A DNA stretch of 63,359 nucleotides, filler included, from a bacterium (GTDB taxonomy: Bacteria > UBP15 > UBA6099 > JAJRTR01), in the NCBI GenBank assembly GCA_024278215.1. It is 6 parts of 6 records of this genome, joined end to end, with 100 filler letters (N's around TTAATTAATTAA, not from the genome) between each part and the next. Parts side by side here need not be neighbours in the genome. Positions count along the whole stretch, not along the records: positions 1 to 24,256 come from JAJRTR010000108.1; positions 24,357 to 34,169 come from JAJRTR010000109.1; 4 more parts are not named here. One strand, written 5' to 3'. The position numbers and the translations under genes are program-made. The notes below the pieces were generated by a model. It worked only from the letters and a program-made list of their open reading frames with translations, did not search any database and was not told the DNA's origin. The first letter of the stretch is position 1, and each line of letters starts with the position of its first letter. Of this stretch, positions 20,747-29,320 are shown one piece after another.

Positions 20747-23146
20747 TTAAAAGGAAGTTGACATATTATCGAGTCGCGGGATGATATCCCTGCATAGAAT
20801 GTCTGGGGAAAGATGGCGCGCATCGCCGTATTGTCCGTGAATCCTGACAAGTACCGGCTCCGGGTAGTTTTCAGGATGTTCCATTACGTCAAAAAGCGTG
20901 TCTGCGGAGAATACGTTGAAATAAGCGTACATGAGTGTCGGTTTCACAGGTTCCACGAAGCCGAAAACGGCAGAGATCACATCTGTGAGGTAATCGGCCT
21001 TTTCCTCGATCGTTTTTCCATTCAGCGGATCGGGATTGATGCTTAGAGCGACTGCGCTGCCGCCCGACATCACGGCGTAATTAAGTTTCGACTGGCTTGC
21101 GATACGCGACAGCAGCCCTTTTCTGCCTGCTCCGACAACCGGGTCGAGTCCGTAGTTCAGGGCTTCGCGTGCCTTCCTGCCGTCGGGTGTGGCACCTGTC
21201 CACCAGCCGTAAAGAAGATTAGTGCTTGGAGTGCTCCAGTCCGCGCAGAAATTGTTGCCGAGCGGATTTGTGAGTTTGTTGACCAGCGTGCTCACACGCT
21301 CCTGAAGTTCGACAACTTCCGTATCCGCCGCCACATCATTATTTCCATATTTCGGCGCGACACGTCGAACGATGTCGCGGATTTCATTACGGTTCTCATA
21401 ATTCACAGCAACAGCTTCCAATAAATCCGTGACCGACACTCCGAACAACCGTTCGACATCCTTTTCGAGAAAGGCAAGGGCAGAGAAAGAGTCGGCGACA
21501 TTGGCAAGACCGTGTATCAGGCAGCCGGAGGCGTTATACTTCGTGCCCTGTTCGTCGGTCGAACGCATGTCGACGCCGGTCTCCCGCGCGCCCATGAATG
21601 CAGATTTGAAAGGCACGGGAAGCAGGGAAAGCGCTTCTGTGCATCCATTGGCAGCCTCGCGCATACGGCATAGATAATAGTCGAGATATTTATAGAACCT
21701 GTCTTTCAATCTATGAAGCGAGTCGACATGAGAATGGCCGATGCCGAGTTCGGCAGGCGGCGGGCCGATCTGCTTTCCGGTTATCGTTGACATGCCGCCG
21801 GTGATTGCGAGTTCGAGAACCTTCGCGAGATTCAGCCAGCTATTTGTCGTATTTGCGTTTTCCATGCCCATCACAAGCGGTTCCTGGCAGCCTGCGATAC
21901 CATACAGCGGCATATCCTTTTTTTCGATTCCTTTCGTTTCCATCGCGCTGAATATGACGGGATCACTGAAAAACGACGGCGTGCTATGTCCGAAATCGAA
22001 CATGAATTCGGCGATTTTCCTGTAGAATTGTATCGGTGTCGCAGGGTGTATTTTCACAGAAAGGTTTGGCTGCGAATAATTCGACTGCGCGAATGCGTCC
22101 ATGATTACATAAGACATATCACACGTCATGTCGCCGCTGTCGCGGTCCATGCCTCCGACCATGATATTCTGGGATATTGCCCAGTTGCGGTCGCCTGTGC
22201 AGAAGAACGCCAGCAGGTGGCGGACAAGCTGCACCGCCAGGTCATAGTCCAGCTTATCTTTGTCGTAGTAGGGCTGTAGAATCCTGTCGAGGTTGCCGAC
22301 AGAAAACGCGAAAGGATTCGGGCCCTGCTCGAGGTTCATCACCTGCCACAGGATAATATAGGACTGTATCGCTTCGTAGAGATTTCCGGCGGGCCGCGCG
22401 GGTACCTTTGTGCATGTGTCGGCGATCAGTAGAAGTTCCGCCCTTCTTTCCGCGCTCTTCTCATCCGCGGCCAGCCCGCCGGCCAGAGTGCTGTAGCGGC
22501 GCGCGAGCACAACGGCGCAACCAAGCGCGGTTTTCATCGCTTCGTAATAATCGCCATGCTTATTATCCTGTTCCTGTCGTGCGCTGATCTCCTCTATAAG
22601 GCATTCGATGCCGCGCTTCATCGCGTCGCGAAAATCAGGTATCGTGTGCCCCGTGACCCGCTCGACGAAAAAAACGGCTTCCGCCGTGTCGCCGCCCGCC
22701 GCATCGTAAACTGCACTGATTTTTTTCGCGAACGGCTGCGCAGCCCAGAAGTCGCGCACCCTGTCGATTCTGTCCTGTGTTATTGTTGCGCCGTCAGGTT
22801 TAATATCATTGTATACAGCATCTTCGTCGCAGTAGCCTTCGAAATTTTCGACTTTGAAACCGGGATTTATCAGTGCATAGCTGCAAGCGAAAGCGTCGTC
22901 TTCCGTGCCGGCGAAAACCTCGCCGGCCCTGATGCTCAAGGGAAGTTTTTCGACGACATCCTCGAGCAGGAGCGCCTGTGTCGTCGCGGGCGAATACTTT
23001 CCGTCGATCTCCTCGAGCCGGTTCATCATGATCTCGCGCGACAGGAACCAGCCGTCGAGACGCGACGTTTTCCTGTTCTGTTCCTGAATCACGTCGATGT
23101 ACTTGTCGAGCCGCACCGTGTCGAGAGTATCATTGAAAGCGGGCAT
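20747..23146 (-). CDS. Divergent glycyl radical enzyme (PFL-like family)
   Basis: GH..PDF, PARPA..LYEAIQ, Cys loop AGCQEP, PKYGNND, GATPDGR, C-terminal VLVRIHGQ. SD GGAGG precedes ATG 23146. Confidence 0.85.
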   Translation of the reverse strand: MPAFNDTLDTVRLDKYIDVIQEQNRKTSRLDGWFLSREIMMNRLEEIDGKYSPATTQALLLEDVVEKLPLSIRAGEVFAGTEDDAFACSYALINPGFKVENFEGYCDEDAVYNDIKPDGATITQDRIDRVRDFWAAQPFAKKISAVYDAAGGDTAEAVFFVERVTGHTIPDFRDAMKRGIECLIEEISARQEQDNKHGDYYEAMKTALGCAVVLARRYSTLAGGLAADEKSAERRAELLLIADTCTKVPARPAGNLYEAIQSYIILWQVMNLEQGPNPFAFSVGNLDRILQPYYDKDKLDYDLAVQLVRHLLAFFCTGDRNWAISQNIMVGGMDRDSGDMTCDMSYVIMDAFAQSNYSQPNLSVKIHPATPIQFYRKIAEFMFDFGHSTPSFFSDPVIFSAMETKGIEKKDMPLYGIAGCQEPLVMGMENANTTNSWLNLAKVLELAITGGMSTITGKQIGPPPAELGIGHSHVDSLHRLKDRFYKYLDYYLCRMREAANGCTEALSLLPVPFKSAFMGARETGVDMRSTDEQGTKYNASGCLIHGLANVADSFSALAFLEKDVERLFGVSVTDLLEAVAVNYENRNEIRDIVRRVAPKYGNNDVAADTEVVELQERVSTLVNKLTNPLGNNFCADWSTPSTNLLYGWWTGATPDGRKAREALNYGLDPVVGAGRKGLLSRIASQSKLNYAVMSGGSAVALSINPDPLNGKTIEEKADYLTDVISAVFGFVEPVKPTLMYAYFNVFSADTLFDVMEHPENYPEPVLVRIHGQYGDARHLSPDILCRDIIPRLDNMSTSF

Positions 23147-23218
23147 AAAGCAACCTCCGCCGAACATCAGTTTATTATCCCGCATAATTTGCAATTGGCT
23201 CGCGGGTAATACTTATAC

Positions 23219-24166
23219 TCAACCTACTCTTGGCGGTTTTTTGTGCATGGCGACATCCATGTTGAGAGCGGCGACAATGCCGTCTGATACAGCAGTTCCG
23301 ATCTGCCTGTACATAGGCCTGCGGACATCCCCGATAGCGTATATGCCGCAAACTGAAGTTTCCATATTTTCATTTGTTACGATGAAGCCCTGCGCGTCGA
23401 GTTCGACAAGGTCTTTGACGAATTCCGTTATCGGCACGATGCCTACATAGAAGAATACGCCTTCGCAGTCGATCACTTTCTTCTCGTCTGTTTTCGTGTT
23501 TCGAATACGGATACCCTCGACTTTTTCATCGCCGAGAACATTTTCGATCTGCGAGTTCCATGCGATCTCGATATTTTCCCTTGCCGTCATGACATCCTGT
23601 GCCACCTGCGAAGCGCGCAGTTCGTCGCGCCGATGCACGAGAACAACTTTATCCACGATATTGCTCAGATAAGTGGCTTCCTCGACCGCCGCGTCGCCGC
23701 CGCCTATCACCGCGACGGTTTTCCCTTTGAAAAAATTGCCGTCGCAGATCGCGCAATAGGACACGCCGCGCCCGTTGAGTCTTTTTTCTCCTTCGAGCCC
23801 GAGCGATCTCGGCTGTGCGCCTGTGGCTATGACGACCATGCTGCTTTTGAGGACCTCGCCGCTGTCCGTGTGCACATTGAAAAAACAATCTTCGCCGCGA
23901 TCTTCTATCTTCGCTACATTTCCATAAGCCTGTTCGGCACCGAACCGCTGAGCATGTTTCAACATCCTTTCGGTTAATTCCTGACCCGAAATCCCCTCAG
24001 GAAAACCCGGGTAATTGTCGACCCACTCGGTCATGGCCATCTGTCCGCCGGGCATTCCGCGATCGAGCGTCAGCACCGAGAATCCGGCCCTTGTGGCGTA
24101 CATGGCGCATGAGAGCGCGCCCGGGCCGGAGCCTACTATTATCAGATCATACTCTTTTTTTTCCAT
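23219..24166 (-). CDS. trxB: Thioredoxin-disulfide reductase
   Basis: GSGPG, NYPGF, GVSYCAICDG (CXXC), GGGDAAVEEA, HRRD.LRA, AIGDV. Confidence 0.95.
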   Translation of the reverse strand: MEKKEYDLIIVGSGPGALSCAMYATRAGFSVLTLDRGMPGGQMAMTEWVDNYPGFPEGISGQELTERMLKHAQRFGAEQAYGNVAKIEDRGEDCFFNVHTDSGEVLKSSMVVIATGAQPRSLGLEGEKRLNGRGVSYCAICDGNFFKGKTVAVIGGGDAAVEEATYLSNIVDKVVLVHRRDELRASQVAQDVMTARENIEIAWNSQIENVLGDEKVEGIRIRNTKTDEKKVIDCEGVFFYVGIVPITEFVKDLVELDAQGFIVTNENMETSVCGIYAIGDVRRPMYRQIGTAVSDGIVAALNMDVAMHKKPPRVG

Positions 24167-24256
24167 CTTCTTCGTTCCCTCCCGTGTTTCGTATTCTCCA
24201 TCAAACTCGATCTTACCCGTCAACTCCCGTCAAATTCACTTTACTATCGTTTTTTC

Positions 24257-24356
24257 NNNNNNNNNNNNNNNNNNNNNNNNNNNNNNNNNNNNNNNNNNNN
24301 TTAATTAATTAANNNNNNNNNNNNNNNNNNNNNNNNNNNNNNNNNNNNNNNNNNNN
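24257..24356. other. Artificial contig linker
   Basis: N-run with a central TTAATTAATTAA all-frame stop spacer. Confidence 0.98.
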
Positions 24357-24968
24357 AACAATATCAGGATGCGATGCATTGTTGCAGGCCATGGCGGCTG
24401 GGACACGTATCTTAACCCGGAATTCACGCCGCCTGAAGTGAACCGGCAGCCGGATTTCGAGAAAAGCTTTTTTCGCGAACTTTATGAAAAGTTGTCGTTC
24501 GCATATTGTGCGCTCGGGCCGATAAAAGAATTATTCGCGTTTACGCGGCACGCGACGGGCGGCGCGCGAACTGCTGTTGTCACGTGGAAACATAGGAAAC
24601 CGGGAGTTTATGCGTCGATGGATTTTGCTTATGCGCCTGATATGACGATACGTTCGGCATATTATCCACGCGACGACAATATGGAACTGACAGGTTCGGC
24701 GGGCATCATCTGGTTGACCCTCGCAAGTTCGCAACTGAAGAAGGAGCCGACACTTCACTTATATCGCGGAGAGAATCAGTTTGCTTATGGCAATCTCGAG
24801 GACGACTGGATATTCGGATACAGGCGATGCGTCGAACATTTCGCGAAATGCGTGATACGCAACAGACATACGGTGGTCGCCCCGAAGACATCTGTGCGTA
24901 TTGTTGACTATGCCGCCGCGGCTGTCGAAAGCGCGAAAACAGGCGAAAGAATCAAACTTCGCAACTAG
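24357..24968 (+). CDS. Gfo/Idh/MocA-like oxidoreductase, C-terminal part (5' truncated by gap)
   Basis: Frame is open from the gap. GPI.E.FA, MELTGSAGII, HFAKCV and AAVESAKTGERIKL resemble a GFO C-terminus. Confidence 0.6.
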   Translation, partial: NNIRMRCIVAGHGGWDTYLNPEFTPPEVNRQPDFEKSFFRELYEKLSFAYCALGPIKELFAFTRHATGGARTAVVTWKHRKPGVYASMDFAYAPDMTIRSAYYPRDDNMELTGSAGIIWLTLASSQLKKEPTLHLYRGENQFAYGNLEDDWIFGYRRCVEHFAKCVIRNRHTVVAPKTSVRIVDYAAAAVESAKTGERIKLRN

Positions 24969-25174
24969 TGTCGTGTCAACAAAGAAAAGCCGTGAGACGG
25001 GTTAGCGTCAATACCGGTCACATAGCGTGACAATGAGACATATTATTAAAGATAAACACAGGGCTTTTCGAGTGTCATTATTGCTTAAGTGACCGATATT
25101 GAGGTTATGCGGGGTACGGTGCACCCGACCTTGTCTACACATTTTGCACATTTACTTGTGTGACATGACACTGG
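24965..25174. mobile_element. Putative MITE family B (single copy, about 210 bp)
   Basis: Imperfect TIRs CTAGTGTCGTGTCA ... TGACATGACACTGG; the left CTAG contains the stop codon of the upstream gene. Confidence 0.55.
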
Positions 25175-25262
25175 TTTGCATTACTCTAAGGTGCAAGCGT
25201 TATGTTTGTCATTCTGAATGAAGCGAAGAGTAAATAACAGTTTCATCTGGAGCATTTGTGCT

Positions 25263-27704
25263 ATGACAATAAGAAGACGACGAAGCATAAATTATATCGG
25301 CGAAATCACAAAGGCGGTGGAAACAGGCACCGGAGTGGAGTTTTGCGTCGAGGGCAGTGCCGCCTCGATTACTGTCTGCACTCCTGAAATTGTGCGTGTA
25401 AATGTTACGCCCGGCCATACTGAGATCGAGCCCGCCATCTCATGGTCGGTCGTGATGGACATGCCCGAAAAAGCGGAGTTTGATTTCGGTGAAAATGAAG
25501 ATGGCTGGATAATTGACACCGGTGCGCTGAATATTGAAATATGTCGTGATCCTTTCAGAGTCAAGGCGAAAGATAAATCCGGGCGCGTGCTGTGCGAAGA
25601 CGCGAAGTGGGGCGGCGTCGGGTCGCGCGGCAGCCGCGTATGCTGCGACAAAATCATTCACGACAATGAGCACTTCTATGGCTTCGGAGAAAAAGCTTTT
25701 ACCATCGACAGGCGCGGAAAAAAGATGGTGATGTGGAACACCGACGCCGCGAATCACCAGTGGGACAGCGACCCGCTGTATATCGCCATTCCTTTTTTTA
25801 TCGGCCTCCACGACGACACTGCTTACGGCATATTTTTCGACAATTCATGGAAGCCTTTTTTCGACATGGGCGGCATAAGCAAGCAATACTACACTTTCGG
25901 GGCCGAAGGCGGACCCGTCAATTACTACATAATCGCGGGGCCGCGCGTCAAAGATGTAATAGAAAGATATACCGCCCTCACGGGGCGCGGTTCGATTCCG
26001 CCGCTGTGGTCGCTCGGCTACCACCAGTCGCGGTGGAGCTATAAGAACGAAAAGAAAGTGAAACAGATCGCCGATAAAATGCGGGAACATAATATCCCCT
26101 GCGACGTGATCCATCTCGACATCCATTACATGAAGGGCTACCGCGTCTTCACGTGGAATCCGAGAAGGTTTTCCGACCCGGCGGCGATGACTGAAAATCT
26201 TGCAAAAGACGGCTTCCGCATCGTTACGATTATCGACCCCGGCGTAAAAATCGACACGGATTACGATATGTACCGTGAAGGTATCGAGAACGACTTTTTC
26301 TGCAAAGAACGTGGCGGACGGCTTTTCACAGGCATCGTGTGGCCGGGCGAGACGCATTTTCCGGACTTCGTGCGCGACGATGTCCGCGACTGGTGGGCCG
26401 GTCATGTCGAGCGTTTCATGAATGTCAGCGGCAATGCCGGAATATGGAACGATATGAACGAACCGAGTGTAAACATAAAACCGCATCTTCGGCGCATAAA
26501 AACCGACGACATCTATCATGAGGAAAAGGGCAGGCGCGTACCGCATCTGAAACTGAGGAATCTTTACGCCCAGCACGAAGCGATGGCGACTCACGACGGT
26601 ATGCTCAGGGCGCGACCCGGTGAGAGACCGTTTATTCTCACACGCTCGGGCTTTGCAGGCATACAGAGATACGCGGCGGCATGGACCGGAGACAACACGA
26701 GTTCATGGGCGCATCTGCGTTTGAGCATCCCCATGCTGTGCGGACTGGGTATGTCGGGCGTTTCGTTTGCCGGCGCGGATATCGGGGGCTTCGCAGGCAA
26801 CTGCACTCCTGAATTGTTTGCGCGCTGGATTCAACTCGGAGTTTTCTATCCCTTCTGCCGCACTCACACAATGATGCTGTCGCGTGCGCAGCAGCCGTGG
26901 TCGTTCGGGCGGCGTGTGCTTCGCATAGCAAGGGAGCACATCCGGCTTCGCTACAGGCTGCTGCCTTATATTTATAATGCGTTCCATGAAAACTCGCTCA
27001 CTGGAATACCCGTAATGAGGTCAATGGCTCTTGAGTTCGATGATGACGATAAATGCCTTTCGATGGACGATCAGTTCATGTTCGGTCCCGACCTGATGAT
27101 CGCTCCGGTTATGGAGCGGGGCGCACGCAGTCGCAGTGTATATCTGCCTCGCTGCAACTGGTTCGATTTCTATACAGGCGTTAAGTATACAGGCGGCACG
27201 GATGTACAGGGGGAAGCGCCCCTCGATAGAATTCCTGTTTATGTGCGTGCCGGAAGCATCATTCCGATGGCACCCGTCGTTCAGTGTACCGACAACTATC
27301 GCGCCGACCCGCTTCTGCTTCACGTATATCCCGGTAACGACACAAAGCTGTCTCTTTATGAAGACGATGGAATAAGTTACCCCGCGGGAAATGCGTACAT
27401 ACTTACCGACTTCGCATTCGACGAGTCCGGATCAGGAATGAAGCTTACCGGCAAAACCCGATCAGGCGGTGAATCCGGGAAAGAAATGATTGCGACAAGG
27501 AAGAATATTACTGTCTTTTTTTATTCTTCAGATAAATATCCAAAAAAGATTTCGCACAATGGAAGAGCGCTTCACGAAGCGTGGCTCGAAGACCTTCCGG
27601 GCGAGGAACCTTTCCATGGCTGGTTGTGGGACAGGGGAAAGAAGATACTTGCCGTCGGTTTCAACAACAACAACGAAGATTTTACAATTGATATTGAATT
27701 CTGA
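25263..27704 (+). CDS. GH31 alpha-glucosidase
   Basis: GYHQSRWSY, HLDIHY, IIDPG, WNDMNE nucleophile motif, WTGDN, GADIGGF. Confidence 0.95.
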   Translation: MTIRRRRSINYIGEITKAVETGTGVEFCVEGSAASITVCTPEIVRVNVTPGHTEIEPAISWSVVMDMPEKAEFDFGENEDGWIIDTGALNIEICRDPFRVKAKDKSGRVLCEDAKWGGVGSRGSRVCCDKIIHDNEHFYGFGEKAFTIDRRGKKMVMWNTDAANHQWDSDPLYIAIPFFIGLHDDTAYGIFFDNSWKPFFDMGGISKQYYTFGAEGGPVNYYIIAGPRVKDVIERYTALTGRGSIPPLWSLGYHQSRWSYKNEKKVKQIADKMREHNIPCDVIHLDIHYMKGYRVFTWNPRRFSDPAAMTENLAKDGFRIVTIIDPGVKIDTDYDMYREGIENDFFCKERGGRLFTGIVWPGETHFPDFVRDDVRDWWAGHVERFMNVSGNAGIWNDMNEPSVNIKPHLRRIKTDDIYHEEKGRRVPHLKLRNLYAQHEAMATHDGMLRARPGERPFILTRSGFAGIQRYAAAWTGDNTSSWAHLRLSIPMLCGLGMSGVSFAGADIGGFAGNCTPELFARWIQLGVFYPFCRTHTMMLSRAQQPWSFGRRVLRIAREHIRLRYRLLPYIYNAFHENSLTGIPVMRSMALEFDDDDKCLSMDDQFMFGPDLMIAPVMERGARSRSVYLPRCNWFDFYTGVKYTGGTDVQGEAPLDRIPVYVRAGSIIPMAPVVQCTDNYRADPLLLHVYPGNDTKLSLYEDDGISYPAGNAYILTDFAFDESGSGMKLTGKTRSGGESGKEMIATRKNITVFFYSSDKYPKKISHNGRALHEAWLEDLPGEEPFHGWLWDRGKKILAVGFNNNNEDFTIDIEF

Positions 27705-27735
27705 CAGGTGTTGCGCAGAAGATACGGGCTTTATT

Positions 27736-28575
27736 ATGGATGTGACAATAGCCGGAAACGCCGGATTCTGCGGCGGTGTGAGACGGGTTGTAAATCTCGT
27801 CGAAAACGCACTGTCAGATAATTTACGTCCTTTGTATACAATCGGTGAAATCGTCCATAACCGGCGAGTTGTTGAAATGTTTCGTGACAGGGGCGTGCAG
27901 ACTGTGTCGACTGCGAACGATGTCCCCGGAAAATGCACGGCAGTCATCAGGGCACACGGGCTGCCTGCCGAAGAAATCAGCGTTCTCAGGGCAAAGGACA
28001 TTAACCTGCTCGACGGCACATGCGGGAAAGTTGCAAAGGTTACGTACAGGATAAGGGAATGCGCTGTCGAAGGACGTCTCATCTATATTGCGGGCGAACA
28101 CGGGCACGCTGAAATGAAAACGCACACGAGCATCGCGCCGGGAAGTACGGTCCATGTGGCCGGCCTCAAGCAACTGATGCAAATGAGTATTCCCCGTATC
28201 CCGTCGGCCCTTTTTGCACAGACTACTTTCTCTCCATCCGGGTTTTCACAGATAAAAGATCACCTGACCGGGTGCATCGGCGACCTTAAAGTATTCGATA
28301 CGATCTGCAACTGGACACTCGAGGCCCAGCGCGCGGCGGCGGAGGTTGCCGGGCAGGTTGACTTGATGATCGTTGTCGGCGGAAAAAACAGTGCGAATAC
28401 CGCGAGACTTGTCGAGGTATCCCGCGGCGCGGGTGCGGAAACAGTTCTCATAGAAAGTGTCGATGAACTAAGAGATTACGATTTCACAAAAATTGCGATG
28501 GCAGGTATCACGGGCGGCGCGTCGACTCTGCCCGCGGATATCGATGAAGTGCGGCGTTTTCTCGAAAGAATATAG
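27736..28575 (+). CDS. ispH: 4-hydroxy-3-methylbut-2-enyl diphosphate reductase (somewhat divergent)
   Basis: GFCGGV, IVHN, AHG, DGTC, HAE, QTT, DTIC, SANT, GAST. Confidence 0.88.
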   Translation: MDVTIAGNAGFCGGVRRVVNLVENALSDNLRPLYTIGEIVHNRRVVEMFRDRGVQTVSTANDVPGKCTAVIRAHGLPAEEISVLRAKDINLLDGTCGKVAKVTYRIRECAVEGRLIYIAGEHGHAEMKTHTSIAPGSTVHVAGLKQLMQMSIPRIPSALFAQTTFSPSGFSQIKDHLTGCIGDLKVFDTICNWTLEAQRAAAEVAGQVDLMIVVGGKNSANTARLVEVSRGAGAETVLIESVDELRDYDFTKIAMAGITGGASTLPADIDEVRRFLERI

Positions 28576-28577
28576 CA

Positions 28578-29291
28578 ATGAATATTCAATCTGAAAAATG
28601 GAAGCTCTTCGATGGCGGGCATGTACCTTCGTCTTTACATATCTCCCATTTGCTTTTTGACTACATAAATAAGGATTCACACATACTCGACCTGGGCTGC
28701 GGCGAGGGACGTGCGATAATCGAACTGTTCGAGAAAGGATACGACGCAATAACGGGGACGGACATAAACGCGCAATCACTGAACAACGCGGTGAAACGGC
28801 TGAAGACACATGCGCCCGCCGGCAACCTGCCTCAACTTGCCGTATCGGACGCATACTCATTGCCATTCCGCAACGAATGCTTCGATTGCGTGGTCACTCA
28901 TGCTTTCTGGACAACGATTATCGGTGCGGAAAACAGAGCGGCAGTTGCCTGCGAGATATTTCGGGTCCTGCGCAACGATGGAATACTTTACATAAGCGAT
29001 TTTGCCCGCAATGACGACAAACCGTTATATCGAAAAAGATATGAAGAAGGAAAAGCGATGGGTTACGAGGAAGGCACATTTGAAGCAGCCGGCGTGTCAG
29101 CATCCCAAACCTATCTCGCACACCATTACACGATAGAAGAAATAGAAGATTTTACCCGTGTTGCCGGGTTGAAAATGCAACGCTGGTCTTTGCAGGTCGT
29201 CACTACCCGGAGCGGAAATAAGATCGACGGACATGTCGCTATCGCCTTGAAACCGGATGCCGCCTGTTCAAAATGCAGGTCGGACAAGTGA
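28578..29291 (+). CDS. Class I SAM-dependent methyltransferase
   Basis: ILDLGCGEG, LPF....FD, RVLR..G. Confidence 0.9.
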   Translation: MNIQSEKWKLFDGGHVPSSLHISHLLFDYINKDSHILDLGCGEGRAIIELFEKGYDAITGTDINAQSLNNAVKRLKTHAPAGNLPQLAVSDAYSLPFRNECFDCVVTHAFWTTIIGAENRAAVACEIFRVLRNDGILYISDFARNDDKPLYRKRYEEGKAMGYEEGTFEAAGVSASQTYLAHHYTIEEIEDFTRVAGLKMQRWSLQVVTTRSGNKIDGHVAIALKPDAACSKCRSDK

Positions 29292-29320
29292 ATGAATCTT
29301 TCATATTTTTTACAGGCTCA

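Noticed and set aside
20747-23146. Class III ribonucleotide reductase (NrdD) identity
   Set aside because: No ATP cone or C-terminal CXXC zinc site; the PKYGND and ATPDGR motifs are PFL-like.
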